Below are positions 1-10,866 of a stretch of 64,000 bases of DNA, in pieces. Source of the DNA: Nemertoderma westbladi (lineage: Eukaryota > Animalia > Xenacoelomorpha); assembly GCA_032718475.1 (NCBI GenBank), contig JAUCBJ010008627.1, positions 1 through 64,000 on the forward strand, read 5' to 3'. The translations under genes and the position numbers were made by a program. The notes beneath the pieces were generated by a model. It did no database searches. It was given only the letters and a program-made list of their open reading frames with translations, and was not told the DNA's origin. Positions within the stretch are counted from its first letter, which is position 1, and every line of letters begins with the position of its first letter.

Positions 1-968
1 TTAGGGTGTTTACTGAGGCTAGTCTAGTGACTTGCCTCAGATTCACCAATGGCTTTGTTGGTCGGGGTGGAACATGAGAGTAGCCTCCAACTCCAGAATC
101 CCTCTCCCCCTCACAATCTGGCCTCCCTGGTGACCCAGGGTTTGGGCCAGAAAGGTCATCAGGGAAGGGACTCAAAGAATTGTTGGCTGCTCTCTCTCCA
201 GTAGGGGGTGAGACCGGCAGCCGGTCAGGAGATAACTGACGCCTGTGAGGCCGATTGTGTCCGGTAATTCCACTGGCCTCTAGTGGCCGGACCTCCGCAT
301 TACTAATGTAATCCATAGTGGGGGTTGGGGGGTGCTTTTTTGCCGAGTCAGCTCTCGGGGCAAATACCACACCCCGGTTTGCCATTCCACAGGGTGGGTG
401 TCGCAGTGGAGCCAGATATGAGGCCCATCACCCATATCTACTCTGGCGCACATGACCCACCATTGGCTGTGCAGCTCATCTGCTGGGTCATGCCCTGTAC
501 CCCTGCTGCCAGGTGCAGGTCGCAGTGAAGTGCACTCAGAGTGGACATGAGAACACTCTACTCCTGACCAGCCTTTCGTAGATCACCATCTGCCTGGCCA
601 GGCCATATACCCCTGCAGCCAAGTATATGGGTCCTTAATCCAGGACCAAGGGCGTCCTTTTCCCAGAACGAAGGGGGTCCTAGTTACAGGACCAGATTTG
701 CCCTAGTAAGAGGGTCTATGCAGCTACAGGTGGCACCGCCTTTATGCTGCATGGAGGTGGCAAGTTTTCTTGATCAATGACCTAGAATACCTGACCTGAC
801 CTGGAGTTAACATTGGTCAAACCCCCAGAAGTAATGTAAATACTGTAGTTATTGTTTAAAGCTAATAATAATTATAATATAATAGGAGAACTAAAGGAAT
901 CAATTATTAGGCCTTCGTAAAGTACCTTCCATATAATGTAACCAAACCAGTTGGCTACCATAACCAAC

Positions 969-1201
969 CTGCAACTCCTAATCCCATAACGAATAACACA
1001 GCGCCAGTTGAGATCAATGACCTAGGAATGGGTAGCCAAGGTGCTGGTCCTATTAACTGGTGACCCAGGAATAAAGTTATCGAGGAAAGTAGAAATACTT
1101 GTTTCGTAAAACCAAACCGATCACATAATCCTCCTATAGCAACGCCGCCAAGGCTGTACCCAGCGCATAGCAACGTCAACATTAGACTCGTTGTCATTGG
1201 C
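969..1201 (-). CDS. Internal exon of an SLC18B1-like MFS transporter; the gene continues left, probably beyond the window
   Basis: Hydrophobic peptide PMTTSLMLTLLCAGYSLGGVAIGGLCDRFG...LIGPAPWLP contains the MFS GxxxDRFG motif. Acceptor TTTTATAATAG| at 1203-1202 is phase 2, matching the donor at 22612. The donor GCAG|GTTGGT at 968 is less certain. Confidence 0.8.
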
Positions 1202-2499
1202 CTATTATAAAAATACATAATTATATAGAAGGAATTAGTTTGCATTCCATTATTGAGTTCGCCGTGCCGATAAAATGGCCCTACAACAAAAATTTACCAA
1301 TCAATCGAAAAATTATTACGCGAAATATCGCAATTTCTCTAAAACGTTAGCTTTCTATCACTTAAACAGTGAAATAAAGTTATAATATTGTTTACAAGTA
1401 TCACCTTTTTTCTCTGTCGTTATAGATGTTGTATTTTCTTCATTTATATTTTAAAAAATGTAAATACAGAATGTGTGCTGACTTATTAGATATAAAATGT
1501 GTATAAAATGATAAAAATGCATTATATCTTATTTCTGATGAAATATATAAATAAGGAATATTTTAGAAAATGTGGAATTGTTGGGTAGAAACAATTTAAT
1601 AAGGGGTAAGTAACAAGGTGCTCTGAATTGAGTGGCGGCGTTTATTTCGTTAAAATGCGATTAAAGGTTTGTTCTATACGAATCTGCACCGAACTGGTCC
1701 GAACTATACTGAACTGGATCGAAAACGTGGCAAACTGGACCGAACAATGACACGATTTCAACAATGAACGCACCCTCATTCTGAAAGCGCATCGAAAACA
1801 CGCGGTAATTCTGGCAATGGAATTTAACACCGAATAATATAAATATCAAATTAATTAGATTTGTCATGAAGACAGAGCCATCAAGATAATAATATTTGAA
1901 ATAGATGGTGTTTGAAACTTAGCTTAAACTTAAACAAGCGAAACAAGATCAGGAGAAAGAATTTCGGCCAATGAATTAATTTGAATAACGGCTGCTAAGG
2001 CCATTTGCGTTTCAGACCCGAAACAACATTGAATCTATAAATTCGAGGCAGGGGGGGGGGGGGGGGGGGGGAATCTCGACGCAATTCCCTTCTTGGCGAA
2101 TTAATATCTCGCCTCAATGTTAAATTCTCAATTTAGGGAAAGGGGTTACAGTGGCACGTTATATTAACCAAAACAATAACTAAACACAATAGAACAGGTT
2201 ACAGATTTATTTTTGAGAGTAATCAGCTGTTAGTTGCGTCGAATTTCCCCTGGAGAGGGATGAATTTTTATTGCGTCCAGTCCCCCCCCCCCCCCCCCCC
2301 CCCCCTACCTGGAAAACATACAGCATTATTTTACTAGCTGTCTTGGATTACTTACCACTATTACTGTAGTACCTGTAATGAAAATGACTGGTTATTGCAG
2401 TATTGGGGTGGTTTTTGTAATGGTTTTTGTCCACCTACTGGCTCCAGAAGTCGAGGAAGCCCTCCAAGTACCTAACTGATCTACACTTTGCTGATGGCT

Positions 2500-3047
2500 T
2501 AGGAGTACTTTCAGAATCACTAGAGGGAGCGCTGCTTCTATTGTTGCTCTTTTTATTAACTCCAAAAAGACCCCAATTTTGACAGTTAACTTTGAAAGTT
2601 CTAAGCAAGTCTCTGACCGGATGAGCATAAACTCAAAGGATGGTATGCTTGAGCATGTGGTCGACTTCTGTTACCTGGGATCATGGATGCGGAAGTCAGG
2701 TGAGGACCCTCGAATACGTAAGGGAAAGGCATGGGCAACCTTGAATAGGCTTTCCAGGATTTGGAAGTTACATAGAATTCATCGGAAACTTATAGGTCCG
2801 ATTATTTAGAACAACAGTAGTTCCAGTACTCCTCTATGGCAGTCCATGCTTAGCTCTAACTGCGGAGGACACCAAATCTCTGGATGGCACATTCACAAGA
2901 ATGTTACGCCGGATTCACTGTGTCAAGTACAATGCACACATCTCCAACGAGACACTATAACATAGGAGGTGTCTCATTGGTTCCTCCAAGCTCGACACTA
3001 GAACAAAGCCGCCGCCGCTTTGCAGGATATTGCTTTCGCTGTGAGGA
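2500..3047 (+). mobile_element. Decayed RTE-clade LINE fragment (C-terminal RT region)
   Basis: Peptides VVDFCYLGSW, RIRKGKAWATLNRLSRIWK and VPVLLYGS; near-identical to 26530-27060; contains frameshifts. Confidence 0.8.
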
Positions 3048-3684
3048 CTATAAGTAACCGGTCTCTCTAACCTTCAGTATATCAAGAAGATTGGGGTTTT
3101 ATGATTATTTATCGATATTCTCCAAATATAACAACATATCCATCAACTTCTAACAATTAATAACCGACAGTAAATAGCAGTAAAATAATGTGGTGAAAGG
3201 TATGTATAGTATGATATGATATGATAGGACTTGATAACAGTTATACGTTTCTATAATCAAAGCCGTTCTAATGTTTGGCTAAAGTCTGAAACACCGAATA
3301 ATTCCAAAGCCGATGTTCTGGGCTCAGGAAAAAAGGTAAACAAAGACCATAATGCATTGCGCGATCTTCCGTAGGCTTCTGTGCAAGATAAAATGAAAAT
3401 CGCTCTGATTGGTCGAGTGAGCCGAACAAAGAAAGCCAAAAAGCTCCACATCGACATATCAGCTGATAGATGTCGTCATCTGAACTACACTGTATTAAGA
3501 GTATTTTGGCGTATTGCGGCATAAAATGGCTTGTTATGTCCGCTAAAGTACACATACAGAAAAATGGCTTTTTATGTCCACTAAAACACCTACACAGTAA
3601 GAAAACGGCTTTTTATGTCCGCTAAAACACCTACAGAGTACTTTGCGGGGAAAATGACTAGCTAGATCCGCAAAAGCCTTTACA
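3048..3684 (-). repeat. 3' LTR of copy 1, distal ~540 bp missing
   Basis: Matches 20841-21477 with about 8 substitutions counted by eye. Starts TGTAAAGG on the minus strand and abuts the RTE fragment at 3047. Confidence 0.92.
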
Positions 3685-3692
3685 CCGCTCCC
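3685..3692 (-). other. Polypurine tract (GGGAGCGG) immediately before the 3' LTR
   Basis: Minus strand reads TTCTGGGAGCGG|TGTAAAGG; identical in copy 2 at 59196-59203. Confidence 0.7.
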
Positions 3693-3970
3693 AGAAAATG
3701 GGATTTAATTCTATAAAATATAAAAAATCACAGTTTCTAAAATATAAAAATACTCTAAACAGTTAGTCTTTCTTGCGCGGACGGCGTTTACGCAGTTTTT
3801 TGAGGCTAGCAAGAGTCCTTTTCTCTTTGGGGCGAGCCACTTTACTAGGAGGGCTATAACTCCTGGGTGAAGGGTGCAATACAATTGCATCGGAAGGTTT
3901 AGGATTACGGTCGGTGTATCCGCCGGTCGAGGTACCTGGTTGATCGATATCAACCTCAGTGGAGCGAGGT

Positions 3971-6900
3971 CTAACGGCCTTTAGAGCGCGTTTTAGGACA
4001 GCAGCTCCTTTCTGGTCCCTGACGAGTCGTCTGAACGATAGCGGTAGGTGGACCGTGAGTGGTGAGAAACTTCCTCGGTTTAATGGTTCTTTCCAACTCG
4101 CGTTCTCGGGCTCGATATTCGTAGGGCCGTCGATGTACTTCCTGTAACTCTGGATGCGAGTTGATGAACAAATCGCCATACTCCGGGTCTTGACGGATGA
4201 AGTTGATCAAGTTGTATGAATTAATATCGTTAGGATTGATGTTCCTGAGATATTTACGAACAAATTTGGTGGAAATACACTCACCAACACGCTTCATTAG
4301 TTCGTAACTCGGTGTGCGTGATTTTTGTTCAACAGACGCGAATAGATAAGGATGGAACGCATAAACTCCTTCGTAGGCGCGTCCAGGGTAATAGCGATGG
4401 CGTGACTCACAATGTAAATCCGCATTCGCTTCCCAAGCTCGGATGTAGCGCAGGGTAATCATTTCATCTACGCTTTCCAGATCGCGGTTAAAAGGGCAAT
4501 CAAAACTGGCATGTCCTTTAAGTTGACAATGATGGCATTGAGTCATAAATTGGGGGCAGACTGCGAAAATGTGCAAGTTATTGAGTCTGCAATACGCACA
4601 ATAGATCTCCATCGCCGGTTGTTCGTGGAAATAGGAGCAGGGTACGTCTGAGTCCATGGGGGTGAGATGATCTCTCGATGCGCATAATTGGCAACGTTTT
4701 CGAGAAACATAGTTGGCGTGCCGATAATCGTATGCGGTGAGACATTGTGGACCTTGATACCATTCCAAGACGTAGTCGTTGTCGCTGCTCCGGGGCGCTG
4801 TAGGCTGAATCTCCTCGGATTCTAAGCATATTGGTTCGTCTTCCAATTGCATAGCTGAGGTAGGTGCGGCTGTCTCCTCAAGCGAACCCACTGTCTGAAC
4901 TTCCACGATAGAATAACCCGTGGGTATTCGAGGTCTTTGTATAACAGAGGAATGTAAGTTCTGTAGACAAACGTCCTTGAAAATGGCGAATCCAGCGCTG
5001 TCTAACTTCTCAGCAGCTGAGTCTCTTAGGCTGAGCTTAGTCAGAGCGCGGTCCTTGAACTGACTATCAACGTTACGGAACGGAGTCAGAAAGCGCCTGA
5101 AGCATTCGAAGCGGATGAATTTATTGTGTTCATCTAGCTTGGCGAGTTTGGTTCCAAGTATTAAGGGATGGGCGCGTATAGTACGACTGCACACATCGGC
5201 TAGCCAACCGGCAAGTGCGGCGTTTTCAAAGATCGTGTATATAGCTAAGGAGGGACGAAGTGGAACACTCATGAAGCTATACACGACACCAGGTGCGGTC
5301 AATGGTCCATCAAAGTATAATCGAGAATAATGATCTCCATATACTTGTTGATAGTTGATAGGGTTTCCGACCTTGAAATTCCATCCGTATTCTTGAAAGG
5401 CAAGATGTCCGATGGAAGTTCGTTGTACTTTAGTAATGCCGCTGGGTGTATTGGCATACATAGTGCGGAAGAAACCTCGGCCTTCTGCCCAGGGAGCAAT
5501 CAGCTGAGTATCTACGAAAGGATATGGGATGTTCTCCATGTTCCGAAAGTCGTTTTGGAGATCTCCATAAACAGCTGAGCCGATTTTAAGGATTCTTTCG
5601 TTAAACAACATCTCGAGCACGGGCTGGGGTAACATCGATCCATCGATACCCATGGCCGGTTTGCGCTCGGTGTCAGTGACGTAACGCTGCGCGAGTTCGA
5701 ATTGTCCATGTCGGAGTTTCTTTTGTATCTCGGTGAGGGTCTCAAAAGAATAATCAATCACATCGGAACACGCTCGAGTAAATACGTGGGTAGAACCAGC
5801 TAGTCCTCGTATATGTATCATGCGCGTAGTTCCCAGTTCTCCAACCGGAACGCTACCTTCGTTATCGTAAGTGACAACTCCATACATCTCTATAACGTTA
5901 AGAGTTTCGTTCCACTCTTTAGTGGCGTTTTCTAGGGTCATTCCCACTGGATGCCACAAGGTGGCGCATTCGCTAGCGTTAGGTAGATCTCTATACTTCA
6001 AATACTGTGTAGTATATGTTTCTACATCTCCATATCGTTGTATTCTCTCCTCCTCGAATAACACGTCGAGATTCCAGTGGACTAATCGAGTTTTGATAAA
6101 TCCATCGAGAGTATACGGAGGTATTATATCTTTCTCTATTCTGGAAACATTATAGGGTTTTCGGAATGAGTTTACTTTCACTAACTGATCCAGATGTTTC
6201 TGCAGTTGTTCGAGTTCGACAAGATCGAGAGGATTTATTAGTGGTAGAAACCTTAGACTATGTGTAGGATCTTCCGGTTTTACCATGTGATATTGAATTA
6301 GATTGACATAATAAGGGTGATCTTTGATCCCATAAAACGAGTTCGGTAAAGGTCTAGCGCGTATGTTGACCTCGTGTACCATACGACGGACAAGATCAGC
6401 TCTATTGTCCGGAGGTTCTACGAGTATACCATCAACACGAGCGGTCTCGATTGGCGGACGTTGCAACATAGGAGCGTCAGCGATAAGATCCCGAGACCTT
6501 AGGTTGATATCAACCGGTTGAAGTTGTGCCGTGGCGAAGAGTTTGTCTCCGAAATGGGGAACCATCGAAGGATGAATGATGGTTTTAGAATAGAGATCAG
6601 TCATAAGGATTTGAGCTTCTGGCTGGGCTAAAGCTGCTTCTTCTCTCTCATCCATTTCTATGTGTTTCTCCTCGAGCTGATTTTCCTCCGCTTGTCGTTG
6701 TAAATGCTCATCTAGGAACTCTTGTAGAGAATAGGTTCGTCCAAGTTCAATGTCTTCCTCGAGGTTCTGGATTTCTCGATCGAACTGGGGTAAAGCTAAT
6801 TCCTTCACTGCTTGGACTTGTTGCTGCAATTTGCGTTTCTCTAAACAATCGTAAGTTCCTTTTCCGATCTTCTGCCGAATAGCGTCTAACGCGTTTCGTA

Positions 6901-8017
6901 CAACGCTCTCCTCGACTTCGGTGACGGGTTGTATCGGGGTTAAACCGGGACGATTGTACGGGTTGAACGGCGATATTAGATGCCCGCGTCCCAATCCGGC
7001 TAGATAGGATGGGCGAATATCTAGCGAGCCCACTACCGGAATGCCACCGATTAATTGTTCGGGTAACACAAGATCTTTAAATAGTGAGTACAGTTCAGGG
7101 GGATCCGTTATACTATTAGGACCAAGCGTTTGAGGTCTCACTAAGGAATGAGGAGGTCTGACCGAGTATTCCGGAACTTTGATCATGGGTTTATTTAAGG
7201 ATTGTTTGAGTCGAGCGAGCGTAGGTGATACGTCGAACAGGTTTCGCTCGAAACTCCCATAAGTATATCGTGTAAAACTGTGTTTAGCGCAACGTCTCCG
7301 CGGATGTTTATGTCTTTCCGTTTGCTGATTGGGTCTAGGGCATTCGTCGCAGTAATACCAAAGACGCACGTCCTGCAGGGGAAACGCGGGTGATCGTTCT
7401 CCAGTTTTACAATATTCCTCCATCTGTTCGAAGCTATCTGGGACGACAGGTAGCGGTCGATCGGCGGTAAGATACATCATAGTGAAATAGAGTCGTTTGA
7501 GTTCTATCATAGGGTCATGATGTATACCTTGAGGATATCGAGTTTCTAGATTTTGTTGACTGGCAATATTGAGATATGTTTCTCTCAAGAATTCCAGATA
7601 ATTGTTGAAGTCACTGCGTTTATCCGGCTCTTCAACGTCTTCTCTTTCGAGTCGGTTTCGAATAGAATTCTCGTGTTCTATTCTCGGTTTATCGTTCCGA
7701 CTCCGCTGGGTATGATATTTAAATAAAACCATTTCCCTTTCGGTGTCAACATCGTCCGTATCGTGTAAATCGATAGGATGGCCAGTAGTTAAGAAGTCCA
7801 TATACGTACCGTTACGATGCGTATAGCGAGCGGTGAATTTTCTATAGTCCAATTCACGCGTAAGTTGCTCCTGGGACATCGGCGGTTCGATATAACGACC
7901 ATCGTCCTCCGTAGTAGTTGGACTAGCGTCGCCGCGTATCAAGCTATCAACAAACGCTTGTAAAGGTAGAGTATATCGCTCCCTAATACCAAGATCATCT
8001 TCTATCAACTCAGTCAT
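3971..8017 (-). CDS. Retrotransposon accessory protein: DEDD 3'-5' exonuclease-like domain (WRN/EXD2/Mut-7 type) plus three CCHC zinc knuckles; ancestral stop probably at 3763
   Basis: 1348-aa open frame. Exo motifs: VVTYDNEG (ExoI, D718/E720), LPQPVLEMLFNERILKIGSAVYGD (ExoII, D819), FVDTQ, SIGHLA and GPLTAPGVVYSFMS (ExoIII-like, Y913). Knuckles CX2CX4HX9C, CX2CX5HX4C and CX2CX4HX4C at aa ~1109-1174. No obvious signal peptide or transmembrane helix. Confidence 0.8.
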   Translation of the reverse strand: MTELIEDDLGIRERYTLPLQAFVDSLIRGDASPTTTEDDGRYIEPPMSQEQLTRELDYRKFTARYTHRNGTYMDFLTTGHPIDLHDTDDVDTEREMVLFKYHTQRSRNDKPRIEHENSIRNRLEREDVEEPDKRSDFNNYLEFLRETYLNIASQQNLETRYPQGIHHDPMIELKRLYFTMMYLTADRPLPVVPDSFEQMEEYCKTGERSPAFPLQDVRLWYYCDECPRPNQQTERHKHPRRRCAKHSFTRYTYGSFERNLFDVSPTLARLKQSLNKPMIKVPEYSVRPPHSLVRPQTLGPNSITDPPELYSLFKDLVLPEQLIGGIPVVGSLDIRPSYLAGLGRGHLISPFNPYNRPGLTPIQPVTEVEESVVRNALDAIRQKIGKGTYDCLEKRKLQQQVQAVKELALPQFDREIQNLEEDIELGRTYSLQEFLDEHLQRQAEENQLEEKHIEMDEREEAALAQPEAQILMTDLYSKTIIHPSMVPHFGDKLFATAQLQPVDINLRSRDLIADAPMLQRPPIETARVDGILVEPPDNRADLVRRMVHEVNIRARPLPNSFYGIKDHPYYVNLIQYHMVKPEDPTHSLRFLPLINPLDLVELEQLQKHLDQLVKVNSFRKPYNVSRIEKDIIPPYTLDGFIKTRLVHWNLDVLFEEERIQRYGDVETYTTQYLKYRDLPNASECATLWHPVGMTLENATKEWNETLNVIEMYGVVTYDNEGSVPVGELGTTRMIHIRGLAGSTHVFTRACSDVIDYSFETLTEIQKKLRHGQFELAQRYVTDTERKPAMGIDGSMLPQPVLEMLFNERILKIGSAVYGDLQNDFRNMENIPYPFVDTQLIAPWAEGRGFFRTMYANTPSGITKVQRTSIGHLAFQEYGWNFKVGNPINYQQVYGDHYSRLYFDGPLTAPGVVYSFMSVPLRPSLAIYTIFENAALAGWLADVCSRTIRAHPLILGTKLAKLDEHNKFIRFECFRRFLTPFRNVDSQFKDRALTKLSLRDSAAEKLDSAGFAIFKDVCLQNLHSSVIQRPRIPTGYSIVEVQTVGSLEETAAPTSAMQLEDEPICLESEEIQPTAPRSSDNDYVLEWYQGPQCLTAYDYRHANYVSRKRCQLCASRDHLTPMDSDVPCSYFHEQPAMEIYCAYCRLNNLHIFAVCPQFMTQCHHCQLKGHASFDCPFNRDLESVDEMITLRYIRAWEANADLHCESRHRYYPGRAYEGVYAFHPYLFASVEQKSRTPSYELMKRVGECISTKFVRKYLRNINPNDINSYNLINFIRQDPEYGDLFINSHPELQEVHRRPYEYRARERELERTIKPRKFLTTHGPPTAIVQTTRQGPERSCCPKTRSKGR

Positions 8018-9720
8018 AGCTACTATATGAGTTTATCAATATTATAATGAGTTTATAATTAGGCTAGCGGGCGTCGCTGCCTACCCCTCACGGCCCCCGG
8101 ACAGTGCAAGATCCTCAGCGCCGATGTACCGTCGTCGCTGTGTTTTTTGCCAACGTAGTAGCTACACAACGACAACGATAACCAGCGCGAGTCACTCCAC
8201 CGTCCATCCCAAGGGCTAAGATTTACTTCAGGTTCTTACTGCAGAGGTAGGGCTACTTTCACAATTGCGACTCGCTACTGTAAACACACTTTAGTAGTAA
8301 CATTCACCTATAAACGCACAAATTCCACACAACTGTCACGAATTGTACACATTAGGGCCATTTGTCCGTTAGTCAAGTGCCTTCCAGAAGGCCACGTTAT
8401 TATTATGTATCCTTGGATACTAGCAGTGTGCTATTTATTCCTTATGCTATTCAATGGGCAAGCTTTCTATTGTTCTTTTAACTCGCTTCTAATTCTAGCG
8501 TGGTTGTTGCTATGGTGACATTATGGAAAGCTAGCGGTAGAATTAGGGTAATTCCCATGCATACAGATCTGGGATGCTATTTAATAGTAATTCTTTAATT
8601 GTCAATATTCCTCTTTATACATGATTTTATGAATTTTATCGGCAATTGACTATATATTGGAGATTCTCGCACACTAATACACTTAATAGGGTGAATCTCC
8701 GCTCCCATGATTAATTAATTAATGGAATTTTGGGAATATTATAAATTGTATAAAATAACAATTTATCAAATTCATTAAAAGAGATGAATTTAAATTTATT
8801 CCCGTAAATTTTATTATTTATCCTTAAAACAGACATAATTTTATTCCAGAGCATGTCTGGGGACTAGGTTCCTTAATTCTAGGAAGTTTGTCCTTTTAAG
8901 AGTATCGGTAAGTGCTACGATATCTTAATAGACTAGAAATTTAAAGGATCTAAAATTTTACAGATTTTAATTCATAGATTTTCTAGAGTTAACTTGTAAG
9001 TGGTTACTCTATTGTATTTATTTGACAGATTTTATAAATATTAATAGTTAATATTTAAGATGGGCACCGGTTTATTCCAGAACAGGTCTGGGGACGTTAA
9101 CCATTGATTCTAGAATTTTGTCTTTCAAGTATATCGGTGGGTGCCGCGATATCTTAATCGACTAGAATTACAGATGGTCAAAGGGTTTAACAGATTTATT
9201 TTGCGTTTTACGCTACTGTTAAAGGGACATCACGCTACTATATGTATTATTTAATATACGGTATGAGAGCAATATTGCAAGAAGCAATGTCAGTGAGAAG
9301 AGGCAAGTCGTTTCCAAGGTCTACCCAGAGCTTGGTTTAGCCGAGACACGAGGATCTGAATTTTGCATTCCTAATACTCTACTTACCAATAATACTTGAA
9401 TATAGTAGGAGCTTTATTGTACTTTAATAAGTACGGACATCTCATCTTACTGTAGTCACGTATTTATAATATGATATGGACAGTAAGGAAAGAGAAAAAG
9501 AGTTATTTCTCACCGTCGCACTAAATATATATTATATAAGTAATTAAGTAATAAGACTAATATATATTGCACTAATCTACTAGATAATCGCTAAAATAAC
9601 ATTCTACTAAATAAAATTAAAGAAAACGATTATAATAAAAGTACATAATAGTACATACAGAAATATAAAAATGATAAAAATATATGAAATAATATAGTCA
9701 CACACCCACTCCAGACGCTG

Positions 9721-10803
9721 TCACGTTGGGGAGTCCCTGGATGTTGGTTGGATTAGGGAGGTGGTCGTGGGAAGAGTATCTTGCCTTCCATAGTTTCCGG
9801 AGAGTTCTCTGTCTCTTTCCAGTAAACATAAACGACCAACTGGGCGATTGAGCTGCTGCGTCTCGAAGACAATTCCCGGTTTCTTAAAGTTACGTCGCAT
9901 GACGACGAGTTCTACCGATCGCACCAAACCATCATCTGAGATATGAGTCTCGATGATACGACCTGTCTGCCGCAGCTTACGTGGAAGATCTGACTCCACA
10001 ATAAGGACCATGTCTCCTGCGCTGACGTTTTCATGCTGCGCAAACCACTTAGTTCGAAGTTGTAGCGTAGGCAGATAATGTTTTTCGAAATGGTCAGCGA
10101 AACGACGGGATAACAACTGCATAAGTTGCCAAGTTTGCCGGCAGTATTCGTCTCCGTCCATGATTTCTGATCGTGGGGGCATGGCTACAGGTTTCTTCAG
10201 TAGGAAGTGCGTGGGTGTTAGCGCTTCCAAGGAATCGGGACTCGATGAGACTGGCATAAGCGGTCTCTCGTTGAGATAGGCGGCGATTTCCTCCATTAAC
10301 GTCCACAAAAGTTCGTCGGTGAGATACGCGCGGCACGGCACTATAAAGTGAAATGCGGTCTTCACGCTCCTGATTAATCTCTCCCAACTTCCTCCCCACC
10401 AAGGGGCGTCGGCGGCGTTGAAGGTCCAGCTAGACGCTGTTACCCTTAGCTGATCGTCCACCTGTCTTTGGTTCCAATCTTTTACGTAAGCCTTGATTTC
10501 ATTGTTGGCACCAATGAAGTTCGTTCCCTTATCAGATCTCATCGTGTTACTAGTTCCAAAGCGAGCGATCTGTCGGCGTAAGCTCAATATGAAGCTATTG
10601 GTAGATAAATCGTTCACCATATCGAGATGGATAGCTCTACAAGTCATACAGACAAAGATGACACACCATCTCTTGACTATAGTCCTAGCACGATATACCT
10701 CAATAGGGCCAAATAAATCCACACCGGTATTAGTAAAGGGTGGTTCATAGAAGCTTACTCGTTCCCTAGGTAATTCTGCCTCTCGTTGTGGATTTCTCAA
10801 CAA
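9721..10803 (-). pseudogene. BEL/Pao integrase core and C-terminal domain; the HHCC zinc-finger region is missing
   Basis: The DDE triad is visible in TGVDLFGP, SDKGTNF and GSWERL. LTPTHFL and DGLVRSVEL...RPVGRLCLL are typical BEL C-terminal motifs. In frame with the upstream ORF across the stop at 10867. Confidence 0.92.
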
Positions 10804-10866
10804 CAGGAAATACTTATCGGAATCCTCATAGCATTGCAGGAGTCTCAGTATCTGCTTATTGGTTTC

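Noticed and set aside
1-830. GC-richer stretch starting TTAGGG, with a 67-aa ORF
   Set aside because: A single TTAGGG is not a telomere, and I recognise no protein motif or termini; left unannotated.
2050-2306. Poly-G and poly-C runs as inverted termini or G-quadruplex elements
   Set aside because: Simple homopolymers with only weak flanking symmetry; not enough support.
3043-3047. AGGAC as a TSD partner for AAGAC (21478-21482)
   Set aside because: It has one mismatch, and the 3' LTR is truncated here, so the real left junction is lost.
3257-3555. Short ORFs repeated at 21050 and 58772
   Set aside because: They lie within the LTRs and their frames differ between copies.
3971-8017. Accessory ORF as an envelope gene or a host gene
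   Set aside because: No obvious signal peptide or TM anchor; it is intronless, inside the LTRs and present in both copies.
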